Below are positions 47,874-59,182 of a stretch of DNA of 64,000 bases, one piece after another. The position numbers and the translations under genes were made by a program. The stretch is from a virus (Duplodnaviria > Caudoviricetes): positions 1 to 64,000 of IMG/VR virus record IMGVR_UViG_3300033066_000802. One strand, written 5' to 3'. Numbering within the stretch: position 1 is the stretch's first letter; every line of letters begins with the position of its first letter. The notes beneath the pieces were generated by a model that was not told the DNA's origin, made no database searches, and saw nothing but the letters and a program-made list of their open reading frames with translations.

Positions 47874-48371
47874 TTATATATTTACTTGTGCGATCTGAGC
47901 CAGGTGATCTCTACCTATCTTCGGATCATTATAAGTTCTCGTAAGAGTACCAATCAAGTTCATATAATCACTATTAATATTAGCATCACCAGACACTAAC
48001 TCAAACTTAGGGTTATCTTCTTTTGTATCAATTAAAATATTCTTTATGAAGTCAACCCCAGGATTATTAACTGTATTAGATCCCATTACAATTCTACCAT
48101 TATATAATTCAATATTAACAACACTCAGAATTAATCCACTTTCTTTTAAAAAAGCACCGATGGCACCAATTACTTGATTACGATAATCATCTGTAAATGG
48201 TGAACCAGTATTATTCTTCAAGAAACCAACGGTTTTAATGTCATTAAAACTAACCCTTTCACCACTATCAGTAGTTTGTGGATTCTGCTGACCCATCGTT
48301 ACCCCCTCATTTAATTTGTTCTTTCTCACAATATTGAGGAAGTGTTTCATTGAATCGTATTCGTTATTCAT
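47874..48371 (-). CDS. Hypothetical protein
   Basis: 165 aa ORF. Confidence 0.65.
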   Translation of the reverse strand: MNNEYDSMKHFLNIVRKNKLNEGVTMGQQNPQTTDSGERVSFNDIKTVGFLKNNTGSPFTDDYRNQVIGAIGAFLKESGLILSVVNIELYNGRIVMGSNTVNNPGVDFIKNILIDTKEDNPKFELVSGDANINSDYMNLIGTLTRTYNDPKIGRDHLAQIAQVNI

Positions 48372-48372
48372 A

Positions 48373-48966
48373 TTATATTAAATTATTTGTTATGTATTCA
48401 AAATCCATCGCTGGACTTAAATCATAATAATTTTTATTATAGTTACTTCTATTTAAAATACCTTTAAAATTTCTTGGTTTCGTAATTGTTACATTATTCC
48501 CAGTGAATTGTTTTTCAATAGAACACCTATTACATAAATAGTTTAATAATTGGGATAAAACCACAATTTGCTCTTTTTCATACGCAGCCCAGAATTTCTT
48601 ATTTTTCCATGATCTATCCACAACAGAACCCAAATACGGGTCACCCTTCCAATCAAAAAATTCATTTTGTTTAATCGTATAATCTAACCAACCGACATTT
48701 TCTAATGAAACAATAATAGCCTGGTTATCCACCGATTCAAAAGAAATAAAATTAGTTACATATTCGGGTTCAACGTGTTGATATATTACACCCTCTAATG
48801 AAATCGTATAATGAGGCACCCTATCATATTTCCCATTATACTGGGTTAATAATTTATGAAAATGATGCTCTAATGATGCTGTAGTGTTACAAAGAATAAT
48901 TTGTTTTTTCTTATGTGTGGTACCGAACCTTTCCGAAAAATCATAATCCTTGTTTAAATCAATCAT
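48373..48966 (-). CDS. Amidase_2 (N-acetylmuramoyl-L-alanine amidase/PGRP)-like protein, Zn ligands apparently degenerate
   Basis: PHYTI...G.IYQ, LENVG, Y..EQ...L..L, DLSPA; IILCNT and ILNRSN where His is expected. Confidence 0.7.
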   Translation of the reverse strand: MIDLNKDYDFSERFGTTHKKKQIILCNTTASLEHHFHKLLTQYNGKYDRVPHYTISLEGVIYQHVEPEYVTNFISFESVDNQAIIVSLENVGWLDYTIKQNEFFDWKGDPYLGSVVDRSWKNKKFWAAYEKEQIVVLSQLLNYLCNRCSIEKQFTGNNVTITKPRNFKGILNRSNYNKNYYDLSPAMDFEYITNNLI

Positions 48967-50107
48967 TTAAAAACCTTGATTTTATCTAATATTTTATTTT
49001 TTTCAACAACATATGGGTCTGGTTGTTCTTCAATGACTGGCTCAACAACATCATTTACACCCTCATTTGTTTCGGTTTCAGGTAATTCACTGATATCAAC
49101 AATCTCACCATCAGATGAAAACCTTGTTGGTGGGAAGTAAATATCTTGGGGGATTTCAACTGGTTTAGCTTCCACACGTTCCCTATAACCTGAATTAGCT
49201 AAAGCGGTTGGTTCATCCTCAAAAGTTTCACCGCTTTCTACACGCTCGTTATGCTTTTCCTGTACACGCTTCATAACCTTAGCAACTTGAGCATTCTGAC
49301 CCGCTTTAATAATAGCGTCAAGATCTGGCTCTGGTTCAATAGTCGGTTCCACAGCTGGAGCTGGTTCTGGTATAGCTTCATTATCGGTGTCTGGTTTCAA
49401 ATAATCAACCAATGACTTGATAAAGCCCAGGGCAACAATTGGTAATATTGCACCACTTACCAATGATAGTATTCTCTTTTGTGTAATAACATCATCATCA
49501 ACCAGGTTGAATAGTTCAATCCAACTCTGATAATCGTTAAGGTGTGTATAGGCATAGAATGTATTACCCATCGCTTGCATTAACGTCAAAATAATGAATA
49601 GTGACCAGATCATCATTTTATTCATCTTCCTTAACGCTATGATTGACGCTAACGATGCTGCCGCACCAACTTCAAAAGCTATAGCCAATGTGACCGCTAA
49701 CCAATTCGGGTTAGATAGTTTAAAGAAATCAATAACGTGAATTGTGGATATTGTACTCACTAATAAGTACAACACCACAAACACACTAATTATAAAATTC
49801 CTGGTTACTTTATTCTCCATTATTTCGATATTTGTTTAATCTCTTTGTCTATCTCAGACATACGATTAACATCCATTATTTTTCTATCTGTTGATTGGAT
49901 CATCCTCTTTTCAGATTTTAAACCCTCAAGTTCAATAGCCTTTATTAATAGATTATTCAAGCTATCATTTTTAATCTCAAGCCTAATAACCTCTTTTTTA
50001 ACCGCCTTTATAGCTGATTTGGTACCGCAGGTATTAACCATGATAACCATTAAAACACCCAATATGATCATATTAGTGTTTTTTAAATAAGTTTGTAAAT
50101 TCTTCAT
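48963..50107 (-). CDS. Two membrane proteins (48963-49820 four TM + acidic tail; 49820-50107 one TM + coiled coil)
   Basis: Hydrophobic segments; adjacent to amidase-like gene. Confidence 0.6.
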
Positions 50108-50118
50108 AATTATAAATA

Positions 50119-50904
50119 TTACATTAACTCAAAAAGTTTATATGAGTTAAATCTCAATTTTTTTATTGCTTTTTCTTTTATTTGTCTTACACGCTCCTTT
50201 GTGAGATCTAAATCATTAGCAATTTCCTCAAGTGTGTTTTCTTCACCAAATAAACCAAAATAACGTTTGATAACTTGTTTTTCAACATCACTTAATGAAT
50301 CTAACAATGATATTAACGCATGATTTAGATTTTCTTTTTCAATATCCATTGTACTATCTGGTGATGTAGCGTCAACATCAGCTATAATATCATGTAATGC
50401 GTGACCCTCTTCATCGGAAGGTCTATCCAGGGTTTCAACCATCGGTACGTGTATTGTATTACCCTCATGAAATTCTCCGAATTTATCAGCCTCTCTATCC
50501 AATTTAAACATATCGTTTATTACGTTAACGGGTAAACGAATTGGACGTGCGTGTTCATTTAAGGCTTGCCTAATACTTTGTGTGATCCAATGTACGGCAT
50601 ATGAGATGAATTTAACATCTGTCTGATTTGTGTCAAATCTATCAAAGGCTTTTACTAAACCATAATTACCTTCCGATATTAAGTCCTGTAAATCCAATCC
50701 TTTGTGTAGATATTGTTTCGCAATCTTGATTACGAATCTTAGATTTGAGTTAATGATGGTGTCTTTCACCCTTTCATCACCCTCACGGTACTGTCTGATC
50801 AGTTCAAACTCTTCTTCCCTTGTAAGAAGATTATACCTTTTAATGTCTGTTAAATAATTTGCAATTTCCTTCTGGTTAATCCAATGTGCTGTGTCCAATC
50901 TCAT
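50119..50904 (-). CDS. RNA polymerase sigma-70 family factor (RpoD/RpoS-like)
   Basis: LLTREEE, NLRFV, DLISEGNYGL, FISYAVHWI, IRLP, TLEEIA...LTKERVRQI. Confidence 0.93.
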   Translation of the reverse strand: MRLDTAHWINQKEIANYLTDIKRYNLLTREEEFELIRQYREGDERVKDTIINSNLRFVIKIAKQYLHKGLDLQDLISEGNYGLVKAFDRFDTNQTDVKFISYAVHWITQSIRQALNEHARPIRLPVNVINDMFKLDREADKFGEFHEGNTIHVPMVETLDRPSDEEGHALHDIIADVDATSPDSTMDIEKENLNHALISLLDSLSDVEKQVIKRYFGLFGEENTLEEIANDLDLTKERVRQIKEKAIKKLRFNSYKLFELM

Positions 50905-51515
50905 TTTTTGAATATTTTGTTATATAAATTTTGCTCTTGCGGTGTTAGTTTTTCGTATCCAACGTCTTTTATTTTATCAATTATTTCATCGATTTGGTTC
51001 ATATCGACCTGATCATTCTCAGTAGTCGGTAATTCCTCTTCTGGTATTATCTCTGCTTCAGTATATTGACCCGTCCTGAAACCCTCACGCATCATTATGA
51101 TGGCTTCAATCAAATACTGTATTTTACTTAACTTCTCATCATTACTTAACTTAAGTTCACTCGGAATAAACAAATTTTTGTTTATTATATCAATACAATG
51201 CTTACCGTAATTATTTTTAGATATATCAAATAAGAATAAAGCATCACTGTATTCCGAATATACTTTATTAAATGTAATATTTAACTCCTTCATTTTCACC
51301 TTGGAATTAAAAACAATTATTAAAGATGCAGGGCCGAAAGTAAATCTAAGGTCATGATCGTTATCAATAATTGGTTTAATACCATGTTTTAGGTTCGTTG
51401 GGAACCTTCCAAGGAATATCAATATATACTTATTTGATTTTTTAGTAAAAATCTTTTTAAGCCCAGTATAAATATGATACCTTATGTAAAAAATACCTAA
51501 ATTAATCATTTTCAT
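50901..51515 (-). CDS. Hypothetical protein with DUF6576-like C-terminus
   Basis: IDEIIDKIKDVGYEKLT..E. Confidence 0.6.
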   Translation of the reverse strand: MKMINLGIFYIRYHIYTGLKKIFTKKSNKYILIFLGRFPTNLKHGIKPIIDNDHDLRFTFGPASLIIVFNSKVKMKELNITFNKVYSEYSDALFLFDISKNNYGKHCIDIINKNLFIPSELKLSNDEKLSKIQYLIEAIIMMREGFRTGQYTEAEIIPEEELPTTENDQVDMNQIDEIIDKIKDVGYEKLTPQEQNLYNKIFKK

Positions 51516-53874
51516 TTAAAATTCTTGAAACATTATTTTCTTTAGCAACCTTTATTGTATTATCTGCCCAATCTTGAACTAATGGATTGTGACTTATCAG
51601 CCAAATATGTTCAAAATATAATTTAATTTTATCGAAAAATAAACCTAATTTCTCAAGATTCTCATTGGCAACTTTACCTGTTACCTCATCAAATATAATA
51701 ATATTTGGTTTTGGTAACGAACAAACCTTCCTCAATACACACCTAAGTGCTAACGAACTAACAGTTTTCTCATAACCCGACCCAGCGTATAAAGGTTTTT
51801 CAATTTCGGTTATAGTGTCAACCATCCAGAACTCCACATCACCCTTTTCATCCATTCTAAGCTCAAGTACGAACTCAGCCGTATCTATAAGTAACATTCT
51901 CAGATAGGTATTAATCAATGGTATCATTGTACTCAAAATCATTTTTGATATACCATTTTTACCATATATATCAAGATAAGTCTTATAGATTTTATCTATA
52001 ACCTCTTCCTTCTTTAGTTCCTTGATAACTGAATTAAAATCCTGGATTTTCTTGTGTGAAGATTCGATATCTTTTTCAATGCTCCTTATTTGTAACATGC
52101 ATAAATCACGTTCACTATTCGCATTTGTAATCTTGATTTTTAAACCCTCAAGATCCGTATCTATTTTTTTATTCTTCTCTATATTTTGAACACTATCCCT
52201 ATAACTCTTAAGTTTATCTTTCCCACGATTCAGACTCTCATTATATGTTGATAATTCAGCCTTTGCTTTACCGATAATAAGTTCATTTTTATTGTACTCA
52301 TCCCATTGTGTCTTTGTATTGTCAAAGATACTGATTTTTTCTTGAAAATCAAAAACTTCTTTGTTTAAAACATCAATTTCTTTTTTTAGAATATCTATCT
52401 CAGCTGTTAACGCATTTATCTTTGGTTTATTGTCCACACCATCCAATGGTCGCATACATGTCGCACATATTTCACCATCTTTTAATAACTCAATAGTACC
52501 CGTCTTACTTCTGATTTCAAAATTTTTACTTAGTATTAAGGTTTCACTTTCTTTTTTTTGTGTGCATAAAACCTGATAAGCATCAACATCAAAAACATCC
52601 GAAGGTTGCTTAACAGCCTCACCCATTGACTTGATTGCTTGTGTTTTATCAGCTATTAATTTTTCTAACTTACTTATACCCTCAAGAACAGATGATTCAT
52701 CTATTTTATACAATTCCGTATCCAGATTATTAACACGTTGTTTCAATAACGTATCCTTAAGCTGTTCTAATGTTTCAAGATTCTCATTAACACTTTTTAA
52801 AGTTAACGCATTAGATATATTTAGATTTGTATTTTCCTTAATCCTACCCTCTTCAAACGCTATTTTAGTTAATATATCAACAACACTGGTACTACCAAGG
52901 TTTGATTTTTCACGCCATTCTGAATATAATTTCTTAGCTATTTTCTCCTTCTCACGATAGAATTCAAGACCAATAAATCTGGTCAATAATCTACCCCTTT
53001 CTGTTGGTTTAGTTTTAATTAAATCATCAAGATTATCACCAGTAGTTAATATTGTAATTAAAAAATCCTCGTAGGTACCAACATAATTTTTAATGAGGTC
53101 ATCAGTGAACTTTCTTTGTTCACCGTTTAATTGCTTGATACCTCCTTTGGGTAGAACTTGATAAAAATCAACCTCCGATTTACATGTATATTTACCTTTA
53201 CTTTCTTTTCTGGATAGAACTCGTTTGATAATGTATTCATCACCTTCAATCTCAACCTTACCTTTTACAACAACAAGATCCTTATCTGTAAATTTATTAA
53301 AAATACCTTCCATTTTATCTGTTTTCGATGTTACACCGAAAAATAAAAATGATAACAAATCAACTGTAAGGGTACTTTTACCAGAGAAATTAGCTGGTTG
53401 CGATGTAATTGAGGTAATACCTGGCTTATCAATTTTAATAATATTCCCCTCACCATATGATAAGAAATTAGAAAACTCTATCTCCTTTATCTTAAAACTT
53501 TTGTAACGGTTAGTTTGATCTTTGAAATCAATCAATTCAGCCGATACTGTTTTATCCAATTTATTAAGATATTCTACGTTAATATCAATACCATTTTCAG
53601 TTAAATATTTACCAATTAATTTTTCTTGGTATTCACTATCAAGTACTAATTCAGATGCGTCAGCCTGAACATCCATACCCATATCGGATTTCTTATTAGC
53701 TATAGCCCTGAAAACTACCTTAACCTTATTTGTTTTATATTTATCCTGAAAATATTTTTCGATACGCTTCTCATTACTTTTAGTGTAGTTATCTAACGTA
53801 TCCTCCCAATAAACCCTTATGTGATTATTTTCACTATATAATGCAGCTTCTTTATCAGTCATATAATTTGTCAT
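51502..53874 (-). CDS. SbcC/Rad50/gp46-like SMC ATPase
   Basis: FSNFLSYG, NFSGKST Walker A, CATC hook, SGYEK signature, IIIFDE, ISH. Confidence 0.92.
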   Translation of the reverse strand: MTNYMTDKEAALYSENNHIRVYWEDTLDNYTKSNEKRIEKYFQDKYKTNKVKVVFRAIANKKSDMGMDVQADASELVLDSEYQEKLIGKYLTENGIDINVEYLNKLDKTVSAELIDFKDQTNRYKSFKIKEIEFSNFLSYGEGNIIKIDKPGITSITSQPANFSGKSTLTVDLLSFLFFGVTSKTDKMEGIFNKFTDKDLVVVKGKVEIEGDEYIIKRVLSRKESKGKYTCKSEVDFYQVLPKGGIKQLNGEQRKFTDDLIKNYVGTYEDFLITILTTGDNLDDLIKTKPTERGRLLTRFIGLEFYREKEKIAKKLYSEWREKSNLGSTSVVDILTKIAFEEGRIKENTNLNISNALTLKSVNENLETLEQLKDTLLKQRVNNLDTELYKIDESSVLEGISKLEKLIADKTQAIKSMGEAVKQPSDVFDVDAYQVLCTQKKESETLILSKNFEIRSKTGTIELLKDGEICATCMRPLDGVDNKPKINALTAEIDILKKEIDVLNKEVFDFQEKISIFDNTKTQWDEYNKNELIIGKAKAELSTYNESLNRGKDKLKSYRDSVQNIEKNKKIDTDLEGLKIKITNANSERDLCMLQIRSIEKDIESSHKKIQDFNSVIKELKKEEVIDKIYKTYLDIYGKNGISKMILSTMIPLINTYLRMLLIDTAEFVLELRMDEKGDVEFWMVDTITEIEKPLYAGSGYEKTVSSLALRCVLRKVCSLPKPNIIIFDEVTGKVANENLEKLGLFFDKIKLYFEHIWLISHNPLVQDWADNTIKVAKENNVSRILNEND

Positions 53875-54076
53875 CCGATACTTCTTTTTGTTTTGTTGGT
53901 GATATTACTTCGTTATTTACTTTATTTTGTTTTATACTTGGTTGGTACATACCGTATTTATCAATATTAAAGCCAGTTTGTAGAATCTTATTTAGATACC
54001 CATCCAAATCATCTATATTATTAAACCTACAATACTCTACTATTTCAGATAGTAATTTATTATCTATGTTAACCAT
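53855..54076 (-). CDS. Small hypothetical protein
   Basis: 73 aa between sbcD and sbcC. Confidence 0.6.
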   Translation of the reverse strand: MVNIDNKLLSEIVEYCRFNNIDDLDGYLNKILQTGFNIDKYGMYQPSIKQNKVNNEVISPTKQKEVSDDKLYD

Positions 54077-54863
54077 TTATTAAAATTTCTTTATCATCTT
54101 CAATATCCTCAATATCAGATACTTTAAATGTTAAATACTTAACAGAATTCTCAATATCATGGAAATTAATGTCCATAGTTTCTAAATTTATTAGTGCATA
54201 ACCATGTTCATTAATGTTCTCACCATAATTCTGTTGTATAAGACTACCAACCATGACAATTGGTTTGTTATTTTTATTTTTAAATATTTGGCGCTTATGT
54301 ATATCGCCACATAATGTTAAATCACATTCATCAAACTTATCAATTTCAGCGCCATGCGCAAATGTAAAACCATTATCATTTACAGCACCAACAATCACGC
54401 CATGATATAAACCAATGTATTTACCTGGGTATGGTTTAAGATGCAAATTTAAAGGCGTTGCGTTATTATTATATATACTAAACACAGTCCATATAACATT
54501 CTCATCTTGATATAACCCACTCTCACGGTAATATTTGATATTTTCAAGCCCAAGATTATAAATAATGGGGGTTAAAGCATCCATTCTTTCCTTATTTTGT
54601 TCAACAATATCATGATTACCTGGAATAATAATCACTTTACCACAATTTTTAGAGCAAGCTTCGAGAAACCAAGATACTTCTTTCACCAATTCTGGTGTTA
54701 ATACGTTCCTGGAATGAACAATATCACCCGCTATGACTAATCTATCGGGTTTTAAGCTCTTCATTTTATCTATGAAGTACTCACACACAGACCTAAACTC
54801 TAAATGCCTCTGATACGTCCTAAACTGGATATCAGCTATATGTACAATAGTTTTAATACTCAT
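54069..54863 (-). CDS. SbcD/Mre11/gp47-like nuclease
   Basis: HIADIQ, AGDIVH, PGNHD, YHG, GDIHKRQ, GSLIQQNYGE. Confidence 0.9.
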   Translation of the reverse strand: MSIKTIVHIADIQFRTYQRHLEFRSVCEYFIDKMKSLKPDRLVIAGDIVHSRNVLTPELVKEVSWFLEACSKNCGKVIIIPGNHDIVEQNKERMDALTPIIYNLGLENIKYYRESGLYQDENVIWTVFSIYNNNATPLNLHLKPYPGKYIGLYHGVIVGAVNDNGFTFAHGAEIDKFDECDLTLCGDIHKRQIFKNKNNKPIVMVGSLIQQNYGENINEHGYALINLETMDINFHDIENSVKYLTFKVSDIEDIEDDKEILING

Positions 54864-54864
54864 A

Positions 54865-55602
54865 TTATAAACCTAATTTTAATTTGTAGTGTTGTATTAT
54901 TAATTCAGCTTCTTTCTTCATATAAGGTACAGGAATCATTTTAAACATACTTATATTTCTATCCCAATAAAATAACCCACCTCGGTTAAACCTTTTACCC
55001 GTTTCTTTCTCATACATCAAACCATATATTGAAATTTGTAAACAATATGTTGTATATTGTGAATATACTAAATGATCCACAGGAAAATACAAATATTGTG
55101 AATACTCGTTATCGTAGTTAAATTTCTTGTTTGTTTTAAAATCCCACACATTAAACCTATCTTTATCAATATCTTCAATAATATCTGATGTACCAGCAAT
55201 ACCTAAAAGATCTGTAAAATCATATGACATCACTCGCTCAGGGTATAACGTCTTCGACCCAATTATCGATAACTTTTCATCACCACAACACTCTTTAAAC
55301 GCTCTAATCACCGTCTTTTCAAAATTATCCCTTGGTACATATAGATGTTGAGGTGATAATAGAAATCTTTCTAATATTTCATGTAAAGCGGTTCCATATT
55401 CATTAGCTACTCTATTTATTTCTTTCCATTCAGCAAGTACCTCTTCAGCTGTTACACCCCTTCTTTCCGCAACTCTTTGGGCGTGAAAAACCTCATCAAA
55501 CTTCTCTTTATATTCACCCAGTAATGTAGTTACCGATATAAATTTTTGGTCAGGTTTATTATCATTTACATATGTATGCGTTTCATGTATTAATTTAATC
55601 AT
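54865..55602 (-). CDS. PD-(D/E)XK exonuclease
   Basis: SVTTLL, GTALHE, AGTSDII, WDFKTNK, YCLQISIY. Confidence 0.85.
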   Translation of the reverse strand: MIKLIHETHTYVNDNKPDQKFISVTTLLGEYKEKFDEVFHAQRVAERRGVTAEEVLAEWKEINRVANEYGTALHEILERFLLSPQHLYVPRDNFEKTVIRAFKECCGDEKLSIIGSKTLYPERVMSYDFTDLLGIAGTSDIIEDIDKDRFNVWDFKTNKKFNYDNEYSQYLYFPVDHLVYSQYTTYCLQISIYGLMYEKETGKRFNRGGLFYWDRNISMFKMIPVPYMKKEAELIIQHYKLKLGL

Positions 55603-55604
55603 TA

Positions 55605-56582
55605 TTAATCTTTTAATCTCGTACTCTTTATTATTAATTTTTTTAATTCCTCCTTACCAAAATGTTGGTTATACAATGATAAATCATACCCATCAGGTAA
55701 TTTATTTATTAAAACTTTCTTAAATAACCTACCAGAATTTAGTTTATGATATATTTTTTTAGCATCCTCCCACGCATCAGGATCTAATATAATAATAACG
55801 TAATTATTAGCACGTTTATATATCATATCATATATTAAATTATATAACTTTTTACCCAATAATGGTATACTATTACCGACAGGTATATGATCAAAACAAC
55901 CCTCAACAAGAAATACAGGTTTATCCCAATCAATTAATTTCTCATTAAAAATTATACTTGTTTTATCAGTGGCTGAATTTAAATATTTAAATTTCTTAAC
56001 TTTTGATGATATGGCTCTGGTAACAAAATAGTTTAACTCACCATTTGCATCATATGATGGTATAACCACCCTATACTGGTATAAACCTTCCAAACAATAA
56101 CCTATGTTATATTTTTTAATATCTTCATCGGTAATTCCACGATTATAAAGATATTGGAATGCATATTTAAAAATACGCATATTTTGTCTACCACTTAATG
56201 GTATAAATTCAGGCGGTAATGTAAGTTTTTCTTTTATTGTAAATTCATTAGCCTCAGAATAATATTCTGATTCACCAAAACTTAAATCAAGATTTTTGAA
56301 TCTTTTTAAAGTATCTCTATCTGAAAAATCTCTAAAAAGCTTATATAGAAATCCGTGTGTATCATGTGTTTCGCTACATGACCAACACTTAAAAACACCC
56401 AACTCATAATTTATCTCAAGGTTACCCTTACCATCGTATTGCACACCTTTTTCAGCTGAACAAACAGGACAATCAAATGAAATTTGAGCTTTACTTGAAT
56501 AATGGTGACTTGGATCACCTAAAAAACTTTCAAGTAATTCAATTAAAGTATCGATTTTTTCTTGTAAAAGATAACTTAGCAT
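55605..56582 (-). CDS. DNA primase (Zn-binding + TOPRIM)
   Basis: CPVC/CWSC, YL..RGI, LVEGCFD, ILDPDA. Confidence 0.88.
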   Translation of the reverse strand: MLSYLLQEKIDTLIELLESFLGDPSHHYSSKAQISFDCPVCSAEKGVQYDGKGNLEINYELGVFKCWSCSETHDTHGFLYKLFRDFSDRDTLKRFKNLDLSFGESEYYSEANEFTIKEKLTLPPEFIPLSGRQNMRIFKYAFQYLYNRGITDEDIKKYNIGYCLEGLYQYRVVIPSYDANGELNYFVTRAISSKVKKFKYLNSATDKTSIIFNEKLIDWDKPVFLVEGCFDHIPVGNSIPLLGKKLYNLIYDMIYKRANNYVIIILDPDAWEDAKKIYHKLNSGRLFKKVLINKLPDGYDLSLYNQHFGKEELKKLIIKSTRLKD

Positions 56583-56633
56583 GGTTATTAACCAAAACTA
56601 AGAAAAAAAAACAAGAAAACCAAATTAACAACC

Positions 56634-57236
56634 TTATTTAGTGTAATTATTTATTCGCATAAATGCCAAAGCAACACAATAAGCATCACTCGCATCAAAC
56701 ATTTCCTTTTTTAATTGATCTTTCTTATCTCTCAACCACTTAATATTAGGTTCCCTGGCAGCTACTTTTTCCCAAATAACCGTCTTTTTATCCACATCTT
56801 TAGGATACCCACCAAATAAGACAACCTTATCACCCTTGGCATTTGGTTGCATTAATTCAGGAAATGCATTTTTTCTGGCTTCATAAGTACTAATATACTC
56901 AGGGACAATACCTAATTTATCATAACATATTTTAGTAACCATGCCATTAAAACGTAAAAGAGTTCCAACCGTGTTTACGTTATTTGAACGTAAAAGAGGT
57001 TCCTCAATTACAATATGTTTAATATTCATGCCCACATATTTATCAATGAAGACCCCAAAAATATCAGCTTTCTTCATTAATTCTTCTGTCTTACTCTTTG
57101 GCTGTGGCATAGCTTTAGGTGATATATGCGTTAATTCTAATAGCTCACCACCAATCTCAATCAGTGATACACCAATGGTCTTCGTGGATACGTCCAATCC
57201 AAGTACTAAATCCTTCTTTGCAATATTTTTATTCAT
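56634..57236 (-). CDS. RuvC-like Holliday junction resolvase
   Basis: LGLDVSTKTIG, IVIEEP, DASDAY. Confidence 0.82.
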   Translation of the reverse strand: MNKNIAKKDLVLGLDVSTKTIGVSLIEIGGELLELTHISPKAMPQPKSKTEELMKKADIFGVFIDKYVGMNIKHIVIEEPLLRSNNVNTVGTLLRFNGMVTKICYDKLGIVPEYISTYEARKNAFPELMQPNAKGDKVVLFGGYPKDVDKKTVIWEKVAAREPNIKWLRDKKDQLKKEMFDASDAYCVALAFMRINNYTK

Positions 57237-57241
57237 ATAAA

Positions 57242-59161
57242 TTATAAACGTATTTTAACGTTAAACGACACAACATCATACCAATATTTTGAAATTGGTT
57301 GTGTTGGTTTACATATAGCCAATAAATTACCATCAGCATCATGTATACCCAATTGCGTTATTATCACTGGGTTTAAATTTTGATTATTTGTTTTAAAAGA
57401 TACATAATCAGCCGATGGATCAACATTCATAAGATCTTTAGCTGTATCATTTGTTGTTGTAAAAAACTCATCAGATGATGCTAAACACACAATATTCAAT
57501 GACTTTTCGGAGTTATAACTCAAAAACTCAATATTTGGGTAATATGGGTGTGGTACACCTGTAGTACCAGTATAAACAAATTGCGTACTATCCCACTCAA
57601 CCTGGTTAGAATCATTTCTCGTTATTAAGAAATTTGTTGTATTACCTGTATATGCTCTAACACCCGCACCTGAGCTGGTACTATGTCTATATAAATTAGT
57701 ATTTAATGCAGCAACACCATAATTATCATATACTTTAACTGGTGCTGATAATGTACCACCTGTAGTAATGTGACCATTAAACGCATTTACATAAAATGAA
57801 TCCACAATTTTAGGGTGTGTTATCACAACAAATCCCTTATCGAGAAACGCAACCCCAACACACCTATCATTTGTATTATTATATAAATTTTTAGACCTAC
57901 TTGATGGATTAAAAGCTTTAATACCATCTATTACGTCAGCATGTCCATCATTCCAACTACCAGTTGGGTTTTCGCTCGGTTTACCGAACATATCACTAAA
58001 TAATAACACCACGTTACTCTCATAATTCGATAATGCGGTACTTAAATCAGCTTTAGCTCCAAGATCCTTCATTGTTAAATCCTTCTCCGATAAAACAGCA
58101 TCAAGATCATATACATTTAAACCCGACTTGTTATATGTACCATATAACTCAATTATTTGTGGCGCTACAGTATATGTTGGATATATACCCAAATACTGTT
58201 TAATTGTTGAAGCAGGTGTTGCACCTGTCCAATAAGGCATAAGTATCTTAATTGATTTACCATCGATTATTTCACCATATGTCTTTGGTGGTATTTCCAT
58301 AATAAGGAACATATCATTAGGAACTGGTGTTTTGCTATAATCGGTAATAAATTCATATGAACCAATACTTTGCATAGCTGTATTATAATGTTCCCCAGTT
58401 GTACCTGTAACAGGATGTGTTAAGATATCATTTACTGATACACCACCAGGTAGGGTGGATGTGGTAATCTCATTCCAATAAAATGGAACACCATTTTTAT
58501 AATATGTTGGGGTTTGTGACGAAGTTGGTGTAGTCGGGTAACCCCATTTAGTTCTTGAATATTTTAACAACTCAAGATCCGATACAGGTAAATTTAAACC
58601 CTTCAACGTATTTGCAAATATTGTATTTGTTGCTTTTCTTTCAACGAAACACATTGGTGCGCAGTTTTCTGTTGATCCCGTTAAACCATTTCTTGATGCA
58701 AATAAAAAATTATAACCTTCCTGTAAATCATATGGCACCATATCATTTACCACAACAGCAGCTTCAATCGGTTTCAATGTACTCAACGTTGATACTGGAT
58801 TAACGTCATATTCTATGTAACCATAACAATCACCGCCAGCGTAAATATCTAATGAGAATTTATTATCTATATACTTTAAAGTAAAGAAATTACTATAATA
58901 ATCGGTTTGTGAAATAGTTGTGGTATCACTATTATTTGTATAAGCCTGAAATAAAGCGCCGACAGTGTTAGTTGATAGTGTTGTAAGTTTAGTTGCTAAA
59001 TTACTTCCACTTGGAACCTGAGTATGTGATACTAATACTGTCTGATTTAATGTTGGTAAGTATGTTGGCTGAGATTTTAAATAGAATGTAGCTAACCCAT
59101 CACTTGTGTTATTTGTTACCCTTCTATAAAATGGAACCCTTACTTTTAATATATTATTCAT
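57242..59161 (-). CDS. Structural (baseplate/tail-collar-like) protein
   Basis: C-terminal ITQLGIHDADGNLLAICK..PI.K motif. Confidence 0.62.
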   Translation of the reverse strand: MNNILKVRVPFYRRVTNNTSDGLATFYLKSQPTYLPTLNQTVLVSHTQVPSGSNLATKLTTLSTNTVGALFQAYTNNSDTTTISQTDYYSNFFTLKYIDNKFSLDIYAGGDCYGYIEYDVNPVSTLSTLKPIEAAVVVNDMVPYDLQEGYNFLFASRNGLTGSTENCAPMCFVERKATNTIFANTLKGLNLPVSDLELLKYSRTKWGYPTTPTSSQTPTYYKNGVPFYWNEITTSTLPGGVSVNDILTHPVTGTTGEHYNTAMQSIGSYEFITDYSKTPVPNDMFLIMEIPPKTYGEIIDGKSIKILMPYWTGATPASTIKQYLGIYPTYTVAPQIIELYGTYNKSGLNVYDLDAVLSEKDLTMKDLGAKADLSTALSNYESNVVLLFSDMFGKPSENPTGSWNDGHADVIDGIKAFNPSSRSKNLYNNTNDRCVGVAFLDKGFVVITHPKIVDSFYVNAFNGHITTGGTLSAPVKVYDNYGVAALNTNLYRHSTSSGAGVRAYTGNTTNFLITRNDSNQVEWDSTQFVYTGTTGVPHPYYPNIEFLSYNSEKSLNIVCLASSDEFFTTTNDTAKDLMNVDPSADYVSFKTNNQNLNPVIITQLGIHDADGNLLAICKPTQPISKYWYDVVSFNVKIRL

Positions 59162-59182
59162 ATTTCGTTTTTTTATATTTAA

